Assembly (NCBI GenBank): GCA_038523235.1
Contig: JBCBJQ010000033.1
Span: forward strand, 1 to 52,607
Origin: Cyanobacteria bacterium J06626_4
Lineage (GTDB): Bacteria; Cyanobacteriota; Cyanobacteriia; Phormidesmidales; Phormidesmidaceae
DNA: 52,607 nt
Direction of reading: 5' to 3'
Shown here: piece after piece, positions 38,545-49,551 of the stretch
Position numbering within the stretch: position 1 is the first letter of the stretch
How the letters are laid out: every line of letters starts with the position of its first letter
Position numbers and translations under genes: made by a program
The notes under the pieces: model-generated
Databases searched by the model: none
What the model was told of the DNA's origin: nothing
Seen by the model: only the letters and a program-made list of their open reading frames with translations

Positions 38545-38988
38545 TTACGGCTCAACCGCAAGTACTAAGCGCTCAACACCGGCAACATTTTGACGCTGAA
38601 AAAAGCGAATCATCTGCTGATCTTCACCGCGAATATGATGCACCATCCAATCAGCTAGAACCGGCGTCACCTCGGCCGTTGCCGTATAAGCAACCTGATC
38701 AAACTTAGCGAGTAAAGCCGTCACTTTGTTGACCAGCGCCTTGTGAGTGCCACAGTGGACTTGCAGATTGGGGTACTCGTGCTCAGCCATCAGCCCTTCT
38801 TCCAACTCAAAGTGCTCAACCGCACAGTCGGCGAACTCCGTGAGGCGCGTTTTGATCACAGCCATGGGCGGTGTCGGCAGCTGAGTCAAGTCGTAGATTT
38901 CATTCACCAGGCTGAACAAGCGGCGATGCTGCTGATCGATCACCTCGTGTCCGGTGCAATAGTCATCTTGCCATACCGCAATTGCCAT
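38545..38988 (-). CDS. Bacteriohemerythrin
   Basis: 'W...Y.TGHEVIDQQH', 'HFELEE', 'H...H', 'WMVHHIRGED' di-iron ligands. Confidence 0.9.
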   Translation of the reverse strand: MAIAVWQDDYCTGHEVIDQQHRRLFSLVNEIYDLTQLPTPPMAVIKTRLTEFADCAVEHFELEEGLMAEHEYPNLQVHCGTHKALVNKVTALLAKFDQVAYTATAEVTPVLADWMVHHIRGEDQQMIRFFQRQNVAGVERLVLAVEP

Positions 38989-39215
38989 AAAACTCCACCG
39001 TTAAAAGCTGCTGCAACGGTGCAAAACCGTCTGCTGGATTACCGTAAACCACTCTACGCCAGTCATTATTTGAGCCGTAGGCTCTGTCATAATTCTTGTC
39101 GCAACGGTAACAATATAGAGTTCGGAGCAGCCCCATTTTGCTGCCCACGGATGCCCTCACTCCTCCCCGCCCAAACCCAAAACCTATCCTCGCTTCACTC
39201 CCTACTCCGAATTCT

Positions 39216-41129
39216 TCACACGTCTTCCAAACCAGGCCGGGGCATTGGCGCCATACGCGCTCGTTTGAGCCGCTGTAGCCACCAGCTGCCTAGCACCGCA
39301 AACAGCAATGCGCCCCAGCCAACCAGCGGCTGCAGCAGCAAAAAGCCGCCCACCGTAAACATGGCCCCAAACAACAGGCACAGTGCCGCCAACACCTGTT
39401 GCAGCTGCAGCAACAAATCTTGCTCGGGGTTGATACCCGGCTGGTCAAAATACAGGCGCGGCCAGCCACCGGCAAAGGTAACTAATTGAATCGGTCGCTC
39501 GCCCAGGCGAGTGCGCTGCCGGTTCCACCCTGGCCCGCCGGGATGCACTTTGTTGTAGAAACGTTCAAGTGTTTCATCCGTTTCGGGGGCCGTCAGCAGC
39601 ATGGTGGCGACCCAAATCACCGTGGTGATGCCCGCAATCACCAACAGCCGTTGGCCAAAATCAGCGGTTTGCAACACCGTCACCCGAGACTGAATCAACC
39701 CCACCAAGGTGAGGACAGGATTCTGGAGCGCTTCGTCAGCAATGGGCATGGTTAAGACGCCGATAATAAACCCAGCCACCATCGCCGCCAGCTCTGCGGC
39801 AGCATTGATGCGCCACCAAAACCAGCGCAAGATCAGCACCAGCCCCGGCCCGGTACCGATGGCGATCACCAGGCGAAAAATTGCCGTCACATCGGTCGAA
39901 TAGAAAGCCGCGATCGCGCCCAACACGGTGACCAATACCGACGCCACCCGCCCCGCGAAAACCAACTGGGCATCGTTAGCCGCCGGCGCAATGAAGCGGC
40001 CATAGAGATCGTTGGTCAAGTAAGACGCACCCCAGTTAATCAGGGTAGACACCGTACTCATAAACGCGGCAATCAAAGAGGCGACCACCAGCCCTAGCAG
40101 CACCGGCGGCAAAAAGTCGAGCATGAGCTGCGGATAGCCCAGTTCACGATCTTCCAGATTGGGATAGACCACCAGCGCCACCAGCGCCACAATCACCCAC
40201 GGCCAGGTACGAATCACGTAGTGCAAAATGTTGAAAAACCAGGCGGCTTTCTCCGCTTCCGCTTCATTTTTAGACGCGGCCAGCCGCTGAATAAATTCGC
40301 CGCCGCCATCGCTGCGACGAAACGCCCACCACTGCAAGCCCAAATAGGCCAAAAACGTATTGGCCGAAATGCCCGCTGCTTCGCTCCAGCGCAAGCCGCC
40401 CCCTTGCCAATTTAGCGGCACCAAAGACAGCGTTTCGCGGCCAAACTGAGTGCTGACTTGATCGATCAGCGTGGGCATACCGCCGATTTTGATCAGGGCC
40501 GCCCCCGCCACCACGATCGCCCCAAACAAAGCGAGAAAAAACTGGAAAAAGTCCGTCGCGACCACGCCCCACAGGCCCGACAGGCCCGCATAGACCAACA
40601 CAAATAAACTGATGCCGACCACAGTCCACAGTTTGGTCTGGTCACCGGGGTCGATGCCCAGACTTTCCCAGAGCTGCAGGGCCGTGATGACTTTGACCAT
40701 CGCCAACATGGCATAGCCGATGCCGATGCAATTGATCGGCACTGCAAACAAAAAGGCCTTGATGCCGCGCAGCGCGGCCCCCATCACCCCGCCGTAGCGC
40801 AATTCCGTGAGTTCCGCGTCGGTGACGATTTCCGATCGCCGCCACAGCCGCGAAAAGACATAGATCATCACCACATGGGCAATGCCAAAGCTCCACCATT
40901 CCCAGTTACCCGCAAGGCCCCGCGTACCCACGACGCCAGCGATGTAGAGGGGCGTATCAATGGAAAACGTGGTGGCGGCCATACTCGTGCCCGCTAGCCA
41001 CCAGGGCAGCGATCGCCCCGACACAAAAAAGTCCACCAGTGACCCCGATGCTTGACGTGACAGATAAACCCCTAACCATAGGGTCGCCATCAGATACGCC
41101 AACACAATCAGCCAGTCAATCCAAATCAT
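39216..41129 (-). CDS. Sodium:solute symporter family protein
   Basis: 'FFVSGRSLPWWLAGTSMAATTFSIDTP', 'GVVATDFFQ', 'AAFMSTVST'. Confidence 0.9.
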   Translation of the reverse strand: MIWIDWLIVLAYLMATLWLGVYLSRQASGSLVDFFVSGRSLPWWLAGTSMAATTFSIDTPLYIAGVVGTRGLAGNWEWWSFGIAHVVMIYVFSRLWRRSEIVTDAELTELRYGGVMGAALRGIKAFLFAVPINCIGIGYAMLAMVKVITALQLWESLGIDPGDQTKLWTVVGISLFVLVYAGLSGLWGVVATDFFQFFLALFGAIVVAGAALIKIGGMPTLIDQVSTQFGRETLSLVPLNWQGGGLRWSEAAGISANTFLAYLGLQWWAFRRSDGGGEFIQRLAASKNEAEAEKAAWFFNILHYVIRTWPWVIVALVALVVYPNLEDRELGYPQLMLDFLPPVLLGLVVASLIAAFMSTVSTLINWGASYLTNDLYGRFIAPAANDAQLVFAGRVASVLVTVLGAIAAFYSTDVTAIFRLVIAIGTGPGLVLILRWFWWRINAAAELAAMVAGFIIGVLTMPIADEALQNPVLTLVGLIQSRVTVLQTADFGQRLLVIAGITTVIWVATMLLTAPETDETLERFYNKVHPGGPGWNRQRTRLGERPIQLVTFAGGWPRLYFDQPGINPEQDLLLQLQQVLAALCLLFGAMFTVGGFLLLQPLVGWGALLFAVLGSWWLQRLKRARMAPMPRPGLEDV

Positions 41130-41220
41130 CGGGGGCAACCCTCTAACCAATTCCCGCTATCTTCTCACAAGGGATGAAACCCCAGCGGGCTTTAGCATTG
41201 GCGGATTGACTCAGGTGAGG

Positions 41221-42615
41221 TCAAGCCTCGGCAGTAGCGATCGGCAACCAGAGCACGAACGCTGTCCCAATCGTGGCAGCTAATAAGGACAGCGTTTCTG
41301 GTAACGTCCAGGGGAGCTTCGAGAGCGGACTGTAAACCGCGATTTGGCCGCGCATTTCCCCCATTAAGTCGGCTGCGATCGCCAATCCCAAGCCGCTGCC
41401 GTCCAGTTCGCCCGCCGCCTGCCGCCCGCGATAATGGCGTTCAAAAATGTGTTCTTGATCCAGGAAGGGAATGCCGGGGCCTGTATCCCCGAGCAAAATG
41501 CCGCCCAGGGTGGGCTGATCGGGGTGCGACAGGCCCCACTGCAGCCATACCTCAGTCTCTGGGGATGAATATTTCAGCGCATTGTCGAGCAGATTGTTAA
41601 GAATTTCTCCCAGTGCCTTGGGGTCAAACTGCAGCCAGACATCCTCAGCGGGCGGCACCAGATGTAACTTCATCTCGGCCGCTTCAGCCAATGGCTGATT
41701 GAGTCTCACCAGGGGCTCAATCAACGCCGCAACGGAACCGGGATGGATGTCCAGAGCACCGCCAAAGTGAGCCAACGAATCCGCTGCCGTCAGCAGGGCT
41801 GGCTCCTCAGGAGACTCGTCAGCAGGTGCCAACAGAAGCGGGGCTGATGTGGCGGCGGCGGCACGGGTGTCGTCAGCCGCCTGCAGCGTTTCGTCAAAAT
41901 AGCCCAGCAGTTCTTGGAGGCGATCGCTTTCCCGCAGCATGTTGGCAACCAGCAACTGATTTTGATCTTCTGAGGGCAGGCGTTTGATCAGCAGCTTACC
42001 AAAGGTTTTCAATGCGGTGAGCGGGCTCCGCAGCTGATGCAGCAATTCGTGAAAGCGATCGGACTGTTGAGCTTGCACGCGATCTAAAGAAGATGTCCGA
42101 CTGCTCAACCACTGACCACGCTGATCGAGCACACAGGCCAGCGTCAACGAGTGAGCGCATTCTGCCATCTGATCGCGTTCGGGCTGTTGCCAGGGACGAT
42201 CGGCGCGCCAACTGACCAATACGCCAAACACACCCCCCTCATGCATCAGGGGAATCGCGAGCCGTTGCCGGGTGGTGTGGTCGGCATCGCGAGCCGTTGC
42301 ATAGGCCGGATCGGACAACACACGCGGATCAGGCTGAATGGGGACTTCGTCCGCTACTGCCGCAAACTGAGCAGGTTCCGGGGTCCCACTGCTGGACGCG
42401 GCCGCTGGCAATCGGCGATCAAGCCGGGGAGCCTGAGATTGAGGAGATTTGGGGGTGGGATAAACCGCGATCGAAATTAGCTGCGGGACGGCCTGATCAG
42501 ACCAGCCTTCGGCCAAATAGACGGCAGTTGAGTCAGCCCCGACCACCCCAGCCATCATGGTAATTTGAGATTGGCAGAGGGCCGCAAATTCCGCGCTGGC
42601 AGGCATTAGTATCAT
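41221..42615 (-). CDS. hik2: GAF-domain histidine kinase Hik2 (chloroplast sensor kinase homologue)
   Basis: N-terminal 'SAEFAALCQSQ', 'LACVLDQR', H-box 'LLHQLRSPLTALKTFGKLL', 'NLLDNALKY', 'DTGPGI', 'GSGLGL'. Confidence 0.85.
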   Translation of the reverse strand: MILMPASAEFAALCQSQITMMAGVVGADSTAVYLAEGWSDQAVPQLISIAVYPTPKSPQSQAPRLDRRLPAAASSSGTPEPAQFAAVADEVPIQPDPRVLSDPAYATARDADHTTRQRLAIPLMHEGGVFGVLVSWRADRPWQQPERDQMAECAHSLTLACVLDQRGQWLSSRTSSLDRVQAQQSDRFHELLHQLRSPLTALKTFGKLLIKRLPSEDQNQLLVANMLRESDRLQELLGYFDETLQAADDTRAAAATSAPLLLAPADESPEEPALLTAADSLAHFGGALDIHPGSVAALIEPLVRLNQPLAEAAEMKLHLVPPAEDVWLQFDPKALGEILNNLLDNALKYSSPETEVWLQWGLSHPDQPTLGGILLGDTGPGIPFLDQEHIFERHYRGRQAAGELDGSGLGLAIAADLMGEMRGQIAVYSPLSKLPWTLPETLSLLAATIGTAFVLWLPIATAEA

Positions 42616-42762
42616 CAAACGTCGCGGGTGATTATCCCTTCGTCACAAAGAAATGGGGGTGGTTACGAGCTGAACGAAGCACATATCACCATGCTAATCA
42701 AGAAATGAACAGAAAATCTATTATTTTAACCATGACGTTACCCAAATTGATATGCAAATAAG

Positions 42763-42791
42763 TTGAAATTTTAGTTTGTACCGGATATACT
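42763..42791 (+). promoter_or_regulatory. Sigma70-type promoter of the DUF3155 gene
   Basis: TTGAAA (42763-42768), 17-bp spacer, TATACT (42786-42791). Confidence 0.6.
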
Positions 42792-42809
42792 TTGCAAGGT
42801 TAGGGGTTT

Positions 42810-42825
42810 TGTAGCACAAACTACA
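42810..42825. promoter_or_regulatory. NtcA-type box
   Basis: TGTAGCACAAACTACA fits TGTA-N8-TACA. Confidence 0.55.
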
Positions 42826-42868
42826 TACCTTGGCAGTTTTGTACACCAGAGAGTAGGAGGTAGGCAGG

Positions 42869-43183
42869 TTGGCAAGAAGACGTAAACGTAAGAGCCGCCG
42901 TCGTCTAGAAGGTAGGCGAATTCTGGAGTGTGTACCTCAATATAGTATCGAGAGCGGGACGGATAAACCAGTCACCGCAGCTCGTAATTTTATCCACAAC
43001 GAAAACATTGCGCCCCCGGCACTGTTGCTTGTGAAGCGTAACGAGCACACCACTGATCGATATTTTTGGGCTGAGAAAGGTCTTTTCGGTGCCCAGTATG
43101 TTGAAGAGAACCACTTTCTGTTTCCGAGTTTGAGAGCCCTGCTCAACGAAGAGGAAGACGAAGTTGTGAGCTTGTCGAAGTGA
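42869..43183 (+). CDS. DUF3155 family protein
   Basis: 'ARRRKRKSRRR.EGRRILE', 'RNEHTTDRYFWAEKGLFGAQY'; AGGAGG RBS before TTG. Confidence 0.88.
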   Translation: MARRRKRKSRRRLEGRRILECVPQYSIESGTDKPVTAARNFIHNENIAPPALLLVKRNEHTTDRYFWAEKGLFGAQYVEENHFLFPSLRALLNEEEDEVVSLSK

Positions 43184-43284
43184 AGTTTCAGCTTTATTGC
43201 TGAAATGACGAGCAATCGTCTGACTTTTATAGCCTCAAACCCCACAACTAAAGCCCATTACAAGCAAAGAGACGGCAGTATTTA

Positions 43285-43842
43285 TTACTCCGTCTCTTTG
43301 CGCTTTAAAGCGAGCTGAGACTCTAAAACGGCCAGCTCATCACGATGAGCTGAGACCCAAAGCTGGGTACCCGATCGCTCAACGTCACTGCCGCTGTCAG
43401 CGGTCGATCGCACCTGAAAATCGACCTGCTCGATGCGGGTTGACCCCTGCCAATAAAACCAAGAAGCGAGCGGTGAGAGCACTAGTAATCCGTAGGGCCA
43501 GTAGCCCAATTGAGGATAGGCGATCGCCAATACTAGGGCCAAGCAGGCAAAGCCAATGCCCGCCAGGCTGCCTAAAAAGACCGCCATAAAAATGCTGGCC
43601 CCGACCTTGCCCTTAAGGGAAATTGAGCCCGACTCGGCATTGACCGCCGTGACCTGATAAGCCCGATTGGCGAAGTACTGCTGCAGCGTTGCCAACAGAG
43701 AGACGTCATCCATCTCGGTGGCGTAGAGCGCGGTTTCAGTGCGGTCTTTAGTCGAAGCGCGAATAAAAAAGACCAGCCCGATGGCGAGCACAACGGTCAG
43801 GGTAAAAATCGAGGGGGAAATGAATTGAATCGGTACAGTCAT
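43285..43842 (-). CDS. Cofactor assembly of complex C subunit B, CCB1 (DUF3529)
   Basis: 'GLVFFIRASTKDRTE', 'LSPLASWFYW', 'AHRDEL'. Confidence 0.85.
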   Translation of the reverse strand: MTVPIQFISPSIFTLTVVLAIGLVFFIRASTKDRTETALYATEMDDVSLLATLQQYFANRAYQVTAVNAESGSISLKGKVGASIFMAVFLGSLAGIGFACLALVLAIAYPQLGYWPYGLLVLSPLASWFYWQGSTRIEQVDFQVRSTADSGSDVERSGTQLWVSAHRDELAVLESQLALKRKETE

Positions 43843-44151
43843 TGGTTGAATTAGAACGCTATTGGGCCTGGTGGCACAGCCGATGCTTGATCTATCCTAT
43901 CCTCGCATTTCACGAGCCCCAGGGGAGCAAAAGCCGTTACCCTCCCCAAGATCAACAGTTCTCACCTCAGACCAACCGCTTCACCTGCCCCACTCAATTT
44001 GCCCTTATGAGTTCAGGGCCAACATCCACACGGCATTCACATGGCATTCACGTTGCTGACGATCGCTTGCACCAACCCTCTTAACGACGGCCCCGCATGC
44101 TCCACAGCGGCTGTAGCCGCACCATGCCAGTCTGAGGCTTGAATGATGGTA

Positions 44152-44182
44152 TTGACTTAGAGTGCACTCTAAGTTTTATGGT
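44152..44182 (+). promoter_or_regulatory. MerR-type promoter/operator
   Basis: TTGACT (44152-44157), 19-bp spacer, TATGGT (44177-44182), with the perfect palindrome ACTTAGAGTGCACTCTAAGT (44155-44174). Confidence 0.85.
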
Positions 44183-44189
44183 GAGCGCT

Positions 44190-44591
44190 ATGGATACGGA
44201 ACTGTCGATTCAACAGGTTGCCGCCATCACTCAAGTGAGCGCGCACACGTTGCGTTACTACGAACGCATCGGTCTGCTGACTGGGGTTGCCAGGGCAACC
44301 AGCGGTCATCGTCGCTATGCCAGTCAAGATATTGCCTGGATCAACTTTTTGATGCGGCTGCGGGCCACCGGTATGCCCATTCGAGAGATGCAGCAATTTG
44401 CTGAGTTACGGCGACAGGGCGATCGCACACTGGCGCGACGGCGACAACTGCTGGAAATTCATCAGCAGCAGATCCAGCAGCAGCTAGACGAACTGACTCA
44501 GAATCTGCGGGTTATCCACGACAAGATTCAACACTACCAAACACTAGAGGCCTTCCATGGGACAAATTCATTCACCGGACACCCAGACTGA
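44190..44591 (+). CDS. MerR-family transcriptional regulator (AdhR/NmlR-like size, no Cys)
   Basis: '[11 protein letters not shown]', 'SGHRRY', 'LRATGMPI'; ATG 44190 lies just downstream of the -10. Confidence 0.92.
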   Translation: MDTELSIQQVAAITQVSAHTLRYYERIGLLTGVARATSGHRRYASQDIAWINFLMRLRATGMPIREMQQFAELRRQGDRTLARRRQLLEIHQQQIQQQLDELTQNLRVIHDKIQHYQTLEAFHGTNSFTGHPD

Positions 44592-44970
44592 CCGTTATCA
44601 GCAAGGATGGCAAAAACTCGCCGAAGTTGATGGCCAGGCGGGAGAACACGTGATTGCCAGCTTAAAAGACATTGCGCCGGATTTGGCCCGGTACATCATT
44701 GAATTTCCCTTTGGCGATATCTATTCCCGTCCCGGACTCGATTTGAAATCTAGAGAAATCGCTACTGTAGCGGCACTGACAGCCATGGGAAACGCCCAAC
44801 CACAGCTTAAAGTCCACATTCACGGGGCCTTGAATGTGGGGTGCACCCGCGAAGAAGTGATCGAAGTCATCATACAGATGGCCGTCTATGCCGGTTTTCC
44901 AGCCGCTTTGAACGGAATTTTTGTGGCCAAAGACGTGTTTGCCGATCTCGATGCCGACGCCATGAGTTGA
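44557..44970 (+). CDS. Carboxymuconolactone decarboxylase (CMD/AhpD-like) family protein
   Basis: '[16 protein letters not shown]', 'HIHGALNVG', 'YAGFPAALN'. Confidence 0.9.
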   Translation: MGQIHSPDTQTDRYQQGWQKLAEVDGQAGEHVIASLKDIAPDLARYIIEFPFGDIYSRPGLDLKSREIATVAALTAMGNAQPQLKVHIHGALNVGCTREEVIEVIIQMAVYAGFPAALNGIFVAKDVFADLDADAMS

Positions 44971-45212
44971 GTCAAGCCGTTCATCGAATGGGAATAAAGA
45001 GCCAACCCGCCCCCCTCGGAACGTAAGAATTGGTGGTTTTGACGCAGTTGATAACGACAACGACCAACAATGGCAGTTTGTCGGTCATGCGCTGCGGCAC
45101 TAACGTGACCATGCCCGCGAGCATTCCTGGGGGATATCCGACCACGACAGGTACTCAACTGTTCCGCCAGTTTAACTAAACTGTAGGCATACCAACTGAT
45201 TCACCCTGCAAC

Positions 45213-45293
45213 ATGCCCATTATTTCGACCCTGCTGACCCTCGTGATCTTTGCCTGGTCACTGTTGATTATTTTCAGCCAATTTGTGGCCTAG
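45213..45293 (+). CDS. Candidate 26-aa single-TM micro-protein
   Basis: MPIISTLLTLVIFAWSLLIIFSQFVA*; no charged residues. Confidence 0.35.
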   Translation: MPIISTLLTLVIFAWSLLIIFSQFVA

Positions 45294-45314
45294 AGACCGA
45301 TTTCCCAGACCTGC

Positions 45315-46016
45315 TTAAGCAATCGGCGTGCCGGACTGTTCGGGCATCGCCTCACTCGGTGGCGAGAGTTTGGCAGCGGCGCAGAGGTCGGCCAGCTCGC
45401 AGCGATCGCAGGCAGGCTTGCGAGCATTGCACACGGCGCGCCCGTGATAAATCAGCCGAATCGACCAGTTCTCCCAATCGGCTTGAGGAATCAGCTTCAT
45501 CAGATCCGGCTCAATCTTTTTCGGGTCGCTGTGCTTGGTAAATCCCAATCGATTGCTCAAGCGTTTGACATGGGTATCAACTGTCACCCCAGCGTTGATG
45601 CCAAAGGCATGGGCCAACACGACATTCGCGGTTTTTCTGGCGGCCCCCGGTAAACTCGTCAACTCAGCCATCGTTTGCGGCACCTCGCCGCCAAAATCCG
45701 TCACGATTTTGCGGCAGGCTCCCTGAATGTTCTTGGCTTTATTGCGGTAAAAGCCGGTTGATCGCACCAGCGTTTCAATCTCGCTCAGGTCGGCTTCGGC
45801 CATTGCTCTGGCATCCGGAAATCGGGCAAACAAGGCCGGGGTCACCAGGTTCACTCGTTCGTCGGTGCACTGGGCCGATAATATAGTCGCCACCAATAAC
45901 TGCATTGGCGTTTCATAGTCCAGCGAGCAGGTGGCGTCAGGATACAGGCGCTTCAGCCGAGCCAGCACTTCGAGGGCTCGCGGCTTTTTGGGCAACAGCT
46001 TGCGGCGCGGACTCAC
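45315..46016 (-). CDS. nth: Endonuclease III
   Basis: 'LSAQCTD', HhH 'LPGAARKTAN', 'VDTHV', 4Fe-4S 'C.ARKPAC..C....LC'. Confidence 0.96.
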   Translation of the reverse strand: MSPRRKLLPKKPRALEVLARLKRLYPDATCSLDYETPMQLLVATILSAQCTDERVNLVTPALFARFPDARAMAEADLSEIETLVRSTGFYRNKAKNIQGACRKIVTDFGGEVPQTMAELTSLPGAARKTANVVLAHAFGINAGVTVDTHVKRLSNRLGFTKHSDPKKIEPDLMKLIPQADWENWSIRLIYHGRAVCNARKPACDRCELADLCAAAKLSPPSEAMPEQSGTPIA

Positions 46017-47104
46017 TGCAGCAAATCCTGAAAGATTTCTAGCTGGGAGGTATCGCGCACAATCAAAAAGACTCCCAAGCCCAGCAGCAGCACTAAACCG
46101 GTTTGCATCACGTTTTCTTGGAGGCGATCGGGGAGCGGTCTGCCTCGCAGCGCCTCAATTAACAAAAAGGCCAACTGACCGCCATCTAAAGCGGGCAGGG
46201 GCAGAATGTTGATAATCGCCAGGTTGATACTGATGATCGCAGTGAAGGGGAATAGCGTTGCGGCATTATTAGACACTAAGCCAGCCCCCTGCTCAACAAT
46301 TTTGACGGGGCCAGCAACTTGACTGGCCATTGACGAAAAGTTGGTGATCAACATGGCAAAGCCCTGCACCGTTTGCAGAAACATGCCCTGAAACTGTTGA
46401 GCCGCTAACGAAAAGACTTCAAAGACGTTGTTCGCCTGACGGTACTCGACCTCACCATTGCGCTGGAGCTGTACACCAATCACCGAGTTACCGTCTTGGC
46501 CAATCTCTGGCGTCACCGTCAGGTCAAGAATTTCGCCCTGTCGCTGCACAGTCATGTCAATCGGCTGCTCAGGTTTGTCTTGAATCAGCTGCACAAACGA
46601 CTGAACGGTGGTTTCGTCCGTCCCAAAGTCAATGCCATCAGCGGACAGAATGATGTCACCCGCCCGGATCCCGGCTGCCGCTGCCGGAGCAGAGTCCGAA
46701 GTGAGTTGAGGGATGAGAATGCCCGGTTCTGGCGTGAACGCTTGAGGTACCCCCACAGAGGCAAACTGAGCGACAAAGACCAAATAGGCAAACAGCAGAT
46801 TAGCCACTACGCCCGCACTGATGACGATCGCCCGATCCAAAATCGGTCGATTGCTCAACAGATCGGGATCTTCGGGAGGAATCTCACTCTCAGGATCATC
46901 GTCTGGGAACCCGACAAAGCCGCCCAGGGGAATCGCCCGCAAGGCGTATTCCGTATCTGGCCCCTGATACTTCCAGAGAATCGGGCCAAAGCCAATTGAG
47001 AAGCGGTTGACGTGGATTCCCTGGAATCGAGCAGCCAGGAAGTGCCCCGATTCATGAACAAAGATGAGCAGGGCTATAACGGCGATCGCGGCCAGAACGG
47101 ACAT
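46013..47104 (-). CDS. rseP: RIP metalloprotease RseP
   Basis: 'HESGH', 'AIPLGG', PDZ domain, 'NILPLPALDGG'; 4-nt overlap with nth. Confidence 0.95.
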   Translation of the reverse strand: MSVLAAIAVIALLIFVHESGHFLAARFQGIHVNRFSIGFGPILWKYQGPDTEYALRAIPLGGFVGFPDDDPESEIPPEDPDLLSNRPILDRAIVISAGVVANLLFAYLVFVAQFASVGVPQAFTPEPGILIPQLTSDSAPAAAAGIRAGDIILSADGIDFGTDETTVQSFVQLIQDKPEQPIDMTVQRQGEILDLTVTPEIGQDGNSVIGVQLQRNGEVEYRQANNVFEVFSLAAQQFQGMFLQTVQGFAMLITNFSSMASQVAGPVKIVEQGAGLVSNNAATLFPFTAIISINLAIINILPLPALDGGQLAFLLIEALRGRPLPDRLQENVMQTGLVLLLGLGVFLIVRDTSQLEIFQDLLQ

Positions 47105-47363
47105 AAATTCTCGGTGTTGTAACAAATACGTTGTCTTATTCTATCTGCCTACCCCCGCTATCACCGGTGAATTTGTGACGGTCAACGGTGAGGAGATCCC
47201 TATCTGTCCCCATGGATGCGGCGAGCCACCCCAATTTGCCCTACTTGCATTAGCCCAGCGGCTGGTGCCTCCAGGCATTCAAGCAGGAGAATTTACGGAA
47301 AGCTTTAGGCGCTAGCTGTGTTCAGTAGTGTCATCCGTTCATCAAGTTAATTCAAGCCAGGCG

Positions 47364-47789
47364 ATGACACCTCACACCCCCGAGCAGGGTGCGATCAACG
47401 TCCGTTCATGGGTCAAGCACAAGACTGTGTTCGCGATGACCGGCAGCGGACTCATCAGCTTGGCCGCATTAATGATGAGCAATCCTGGCCAAGACGCTTA
47501 TGTGGACTATGCCGCTGAGCGGTTCCCAGCAGAACTCAAGCAAGACTGTGACGAGCCGCAAAGAGAGATTCGCGTTGGCGGGGTCATAACCTTGCCCAGC
47601 GAAGACTTGTGCCGCTCTTTGGTAGACAGTGCCGACCTAGTCGGACGCGGCGTGGTCAAGCTGTTAATTGATCGCTCAACCGATCGCACAAACTTGGGCG
47701 CTTTCAGCATTTACACCACCACCATCGCGGGCAGAACGATCAAAACGGTGGGCATCGGCAGGCACTTTATACCGTTTTATCACCAATAG
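47364..47789 (+). CDS. DUF4359-like protein
   Basis: TM segment followed by 'SNP...AYVDYA', two Cys, 'RTNLGAFSIYTT', 'TVGIG..FIP'. Confidence 0.7.
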   Translation: MTPHTPEQGAINVRSWVKHKTVFAMTGSGLISLAALMMSNPGQDAYVDYAAERFPAELKQDCDEPQREIRVGGVITLPSEDLCRSLVDSADLVGRGVVKLLIDRSTDRTNLGAFSIYTTTIAGRTIKTVGIGRHFIPFYHQ

Positions 47790-47796
47790 GCAGGCG

Positions 47797-49116
<1,320 letters not shown>

Positions 49117-49504
49117 CTACAAGGATGTCAGGGTATCATCCCTTTGCCAACTATGAACCTTCGACCAGTCCCCAATTCTCAGTAAACGGACTCTCACGCA
49201 ATCTGGGCAACGCCGCGGAGCCCAGGGGCCAGATCACGCATCTTTAGGGCGTCCGAGCCAGGGAGCTGCGCTTAAATAACCGCTCCAAGATCAAAACGTT
49301 TCTGTCAGGGGTTGGCAATGCCAAACCTCGACCATTTTGGGCGCTATGTTCAAGCACCACCTAAGTCGAATAGACGCATTCCCGATTGATCAATCCATCA
49401 ATGCGTTTAAAGCGGGCATATTACCCGCCAGCAGGACTAGCCAACGAAAGTGGGATGCACTCAGTCGAATCGACCGGCAGTAACTTCCAATCAATAATCA
49501 CAAC

Positions 49505-49545
49505 TTTTATTGTCATTGACATTTTTTATTGTCAGTGTTTATGAT
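49505..49545 (+). promoter_or_regulatory. Promoter with overlapping TGTCA/TGACA repeat array
   Basis: TTGACA (49516-49521), 18-bp spacer, TATGAT (49540-49545); direct repeat TTTTATTGTCA at 49505-49515 and 49524-49534. Confidence 0.7.
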
Positions 49546-49551
49546 GGCGAC

